From positions 1,271,531 through 1,335,530 of the forward strand of contig NW_027192194.1 in the NCBI RefSeq assembly GCF_041956535.1: a stretch of DNA of 64,000 bases, in the 5' to 3' direction. Position numbers and translations under genes: made by a program. Positions 61,521 through 64,000 of this stretch are shown in pieces (the stretch's first letter is position 1; every line of letters starts with the position of its first letter). The notes below the pieces were generated by a model. It made no database searches and was not told the DNA's origin. It saw only the letters and a program-made list of their open reading frames with translations. The DNA comes from Calcarisporiella thermophila CBS 279.70 (taxonomy: Eukaryota > Fungi > Calcarisporiellomycota).

Positions 61521-62129
61521 ATGCGTTTAGTTTTGTATGTCGGAGTCTTAATCCTCGGGTATGCAGGTGTTTATGCCCAAGATTACAGCAAACTGGTTCC
61601 ATTGCCAGGAAATCTAGGGGTCCAAAACGGATTAACTTACTGCCCTCCTAATATTATAACTTCCATTCTTGGCACTCCTTGTACTCTAAAGCCAGATTGT
61701 TCCCCTGTCACTAATCCAAAAGTAAAGAGACTTCTTGTAACAGGAAAAGTCGGCCATATAACTCTCTATGGTTTAAAGCCAGCTATTGAGGCAGCTGTTC
61801 GAGCACTCGTTAATGTTCAAAAGGAAAAGCCAGATCTATTCAAAGCCCTTGGGTATTCAGGAATGCTATGCTGTCGCCTAATCCGTGGATCTTCCACAAG
61901 TCCATCCAATCACTCCTGGGGGACAGCCATTGATTTTAACATTAATGGTAAACTTGATCCACGGGGAGACGGTAAAACTCAGCAAGGTATGCTTGAGCTC
62001 TATCCCTATTTTAACAAAGAAGGTTTTTACTGGGGTGGAGGATTTAGCAGTGCATCTGAGGACAGCATGCATTTTGAGGTCGCAGAACAAACACTTCGTC
62101 GCTGGCAAAGTGAAGGAAAGTTCGACTAG
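61521..62129 (+). CDS. Secreted M15-family Zn peptidase (peptidoglycan L-Ala-D-Glu / D-Ala-D-Ala peptidase-like), intronless
   Basis: Signal peptide; R119, SNHSWGTAID (H131, D138), WGGGF and EDSMHFE (D181, H184) form the complete LAS/M15 Zn site. Confidence 0.88.
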   Translation: MRLVLYVGVLILGYAGVYAQDYSKLVPLPGNLGVQNGLTYCPPNIITSILGTPCTLKPDCSPVTNPKVKRLLVTGKVGHITLYGLKPAIEAAVRALVNVQKEKPDLFKALGYSGMLCCRLIRGSSTSPSNHSWGTAIDFNINGKLDPRGDGKTQQGMLELYPYFNKEGFYWGGGFSSASEDSMHFEVAEQTLRRWQSEGKFD

Positions 62130-62509
62130 CTTCAATATTTAATTTATAAATAGTTGGTGCTTTAAATATTTTAATCAGCAGTCTATTTTTTCCTAGTACA
62201 ATAAATGTCTTAATATAATGCGCAAATTCAAATTGTGGTAAATGATGATTCAATTCAGTCTAAATACAAAAATATACATAATAATAATTAAATGAACCTA
62301 TATGCTAAGAGAGGACACTAGGATTCATAAATGCCTAAAATCCTAGTATAGTCCCAGTATCCGGGCCAGATCGGATAAATACCAAGAAGTTGAATCCAGC
62401 AATGTATCCAGTGAAGCTACAAGATCTTGATTCTTCTAATAAAATTGGCATGAATGATGGTTAAGAATAGCAAAGAGTAATGATTTTAATTGGGAAGAGT
62501 TTTAGTCAA

Positions 62510-63180
62510 TTTAAACGCATTTATTGATCCATAATACTTCAAAGACTCTAGGTGGTCTTCAGAAAAAATAGTACAATATGCAGCATTAAGCTCTCCATCG
62601 ATACGGCGCAGATTTCCAGTCCCATGATCAATTACACAACCTCACAACAAAAATTCATTTCATGCCTGTTTTAATGTGGGCTGAATATATCTAATACGAA
62701 GCGGTTCTCCTTTACGCTTGTAGTAGTATTGATTTCTTATTGCATTCGTGACATTAATTTTTGGAACATTTCCAATCTTCCACAGTCCAATTTAAATGCT
62801 TTCTCGCAAACTTCAGGTGCCATCTACGGTGCGCAGCTAAGAGAAGAGGCTTTTTTGGGCGCGCTCGAGTCAGTACCTCTTCTATATGGATTACCCTCCT
62901 CACGGTATCAAAGGTCAATACTGTTGATTCCTCTTTGAAAATCCTTCTCACATCGGTTGAGTTTTTTGCGCTGACCCGAAGTCACCAATGTTTCTATCTT
63001 TCTCTCTTACTCAAAATACGAAGGCGACAAGCGGGTCGCTTTTAAGATCGGGGCGTCGCCTTACTTCTTATCTTACTCTCTTAGCTGCTGTAGTGAAATG
63101 AATGTCCAATGCATCGGCGAGTTGATAAAAAGCTTTTCCCTCATTTGCGAAATGAATAATGCTAGCGCAGACCGATTTTG
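62510..63180 (-). mobile_element. Degenerate Tc1/mariner transposase remnant
   Basis: TVRRVI....ARPKKPLLLAAHRRWHLKFARKHLNWTVEDWK (Tc3-type HTH/linker); upstream LADALDIHFTT; downstream GTGNLRRIDGELNA fragment; broken by stops and frameshifts. Confidence 0.8.
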
Positions 63181-63521
63181 TTTAAAAAACACAAGTAGTG
63201 GTTAAGTTGTTTTAATAAACAAGAAAAGAGAGAAAAGCATCAAATAGATGAACAAAGAGCATCAAATTTACAAAAATATTTTATTATCCAAAACACAGCA
63301 ATATACAGATATTCACTTTTTCAAATTCAGTACCCCGGTAAACCAGTTTTCTTTCTTTAAGCCAGGATGGCACATACCTCTGAAAATAGTGTAGGAGTTG
63401 TAGTTTTTTCTCAACAAATTTTCACTGTTCCTCTGAAAAATCATTTAATATCAAATATTACCAAAGGTCGAAGATATATTACTGCGGTTGAGCTGGAGGT
63501 TAAGATTTCACCGTTCTCACT

Positions 63522-63872
63522 TCAGTAGCACCTGTTGTTTCCAGTGCATTTACCCCGCCAGCAGTATACCTGCTCGGCACGGCCACAATTTCTTAAGTCA
63601 TGGTTTCCCGCGCCACTGATTGCCGCAACTAGCTTACCCGCGCCTTTTATTAATTTGCACTCATTGCAGATATTGCCCGGACGAGGCCAGAGTTTCGCGC
63701 TTAAAACGCAATCATTACTGGGACCGTTGATGTCTTTCCAACCCTCTTGGTTTACGCAGCGAAGGAAAGTTTTACCGTTGCAAGCCGTGAACTCCACGGA
63801 AATTTGATCGTCTGTGCATGCTGCTGCGACAGAAGTCAGGAAAGGAATGATAATAAATAGCGAGAGTTTCAT
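63522..63872 (-). CDS. Small secreted cysteine-rich protein (10 Cys)
   Basis: Signal peptide MKLSLFIIIPFLTSVAA; ~98-aa mature region with 10 Cys; intronless; higher GC than its flanks. Confidence 0.75.
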   Translation of the reverse strand: MKLSLFIIIPFLTSVAAACTDDQISVEFTACNGKTFLRCVNQEGWKDINGPSNDCVLSAKLWPRPGNICNECKLIKGAGKLVAAISGAGNHDLRNCGRAEQVYCWRGKCTGNNRCY

Positions 63873-64000
63873 CTCTTGATTTATTCGTAGAATCAGTCGA
63901 AATTGAGACAGCTACATGAAGTAATTCACAAAATTAATCAGATATTGCTAATTGCAGTCAATATACTTGATATGCCCCAGTGACGAAGGCTACCTACTAA

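Noticed and set aside
56595-62129. Bacterial contamination as explanation for the bacterial-like genes
   Set aside because: No operon structure, kb-long AT-rich spacers, TATA-like elements, an interleaved Cys-rich fungal-type gene and an adjacent Tc1 relic. Read-level confirmation is still needed.

Overview
Eukaryotic, intron-rich DNA from a fungus. The gene families (DUF4436, a fungal MHYT protein, a copper-fist factor with a C-terminal Cys cluster, cAMP-receptor-like 7TM paralogs) suggest an early-diverging lineage such as Mucoromycota; this is inference. The first ~33 kb is gene-dense and visibly GC-rich, holding housekeeping and signalling genes: aspartic protease, MAPK phosphatase, mito bL17, CaM kinase, C2H2 factor, JEN1-like MFS, S9-like hydrolase, SLC25A38/Hem25, Tra2-like RRM, MHYT, 2-hydroxyacid dehydrogenase, GYP1, Gfo/Idh/MocA, PhyH and a 7TM receptor. 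Composition drifts to AT-rich across a P5B ATPase gene. The last ~11 kb is gene-sparse and encodes only intronless secreted proteins plus a decayed Tc1/mariner transposase. Those proteins are a Kex2-site Gly/Lys/Ala-rich protein, a copper-amine-oxidase-fold protein whose TPQ motif reads GWYRY instead of GNYDY, two small Cys-rich proteins and a bacterial-type M15 peptidoglycan peptidase. Together they look like a candidate secreted antibacterial/effector island with horizontally acquired members. Other highlights are a spliced gene encoding membrane anchor + PAM2 + two Nab2-type CCCH fingers (missed by the ORF track), a required GA-AG intron in an otherwise intact aldo-keto reductase, and a tandem pair of uncharacterised 2-TM PPxY proteins. 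Exon boundaries were derived by eye, and all family calls rest on motif recognition, not database searches.
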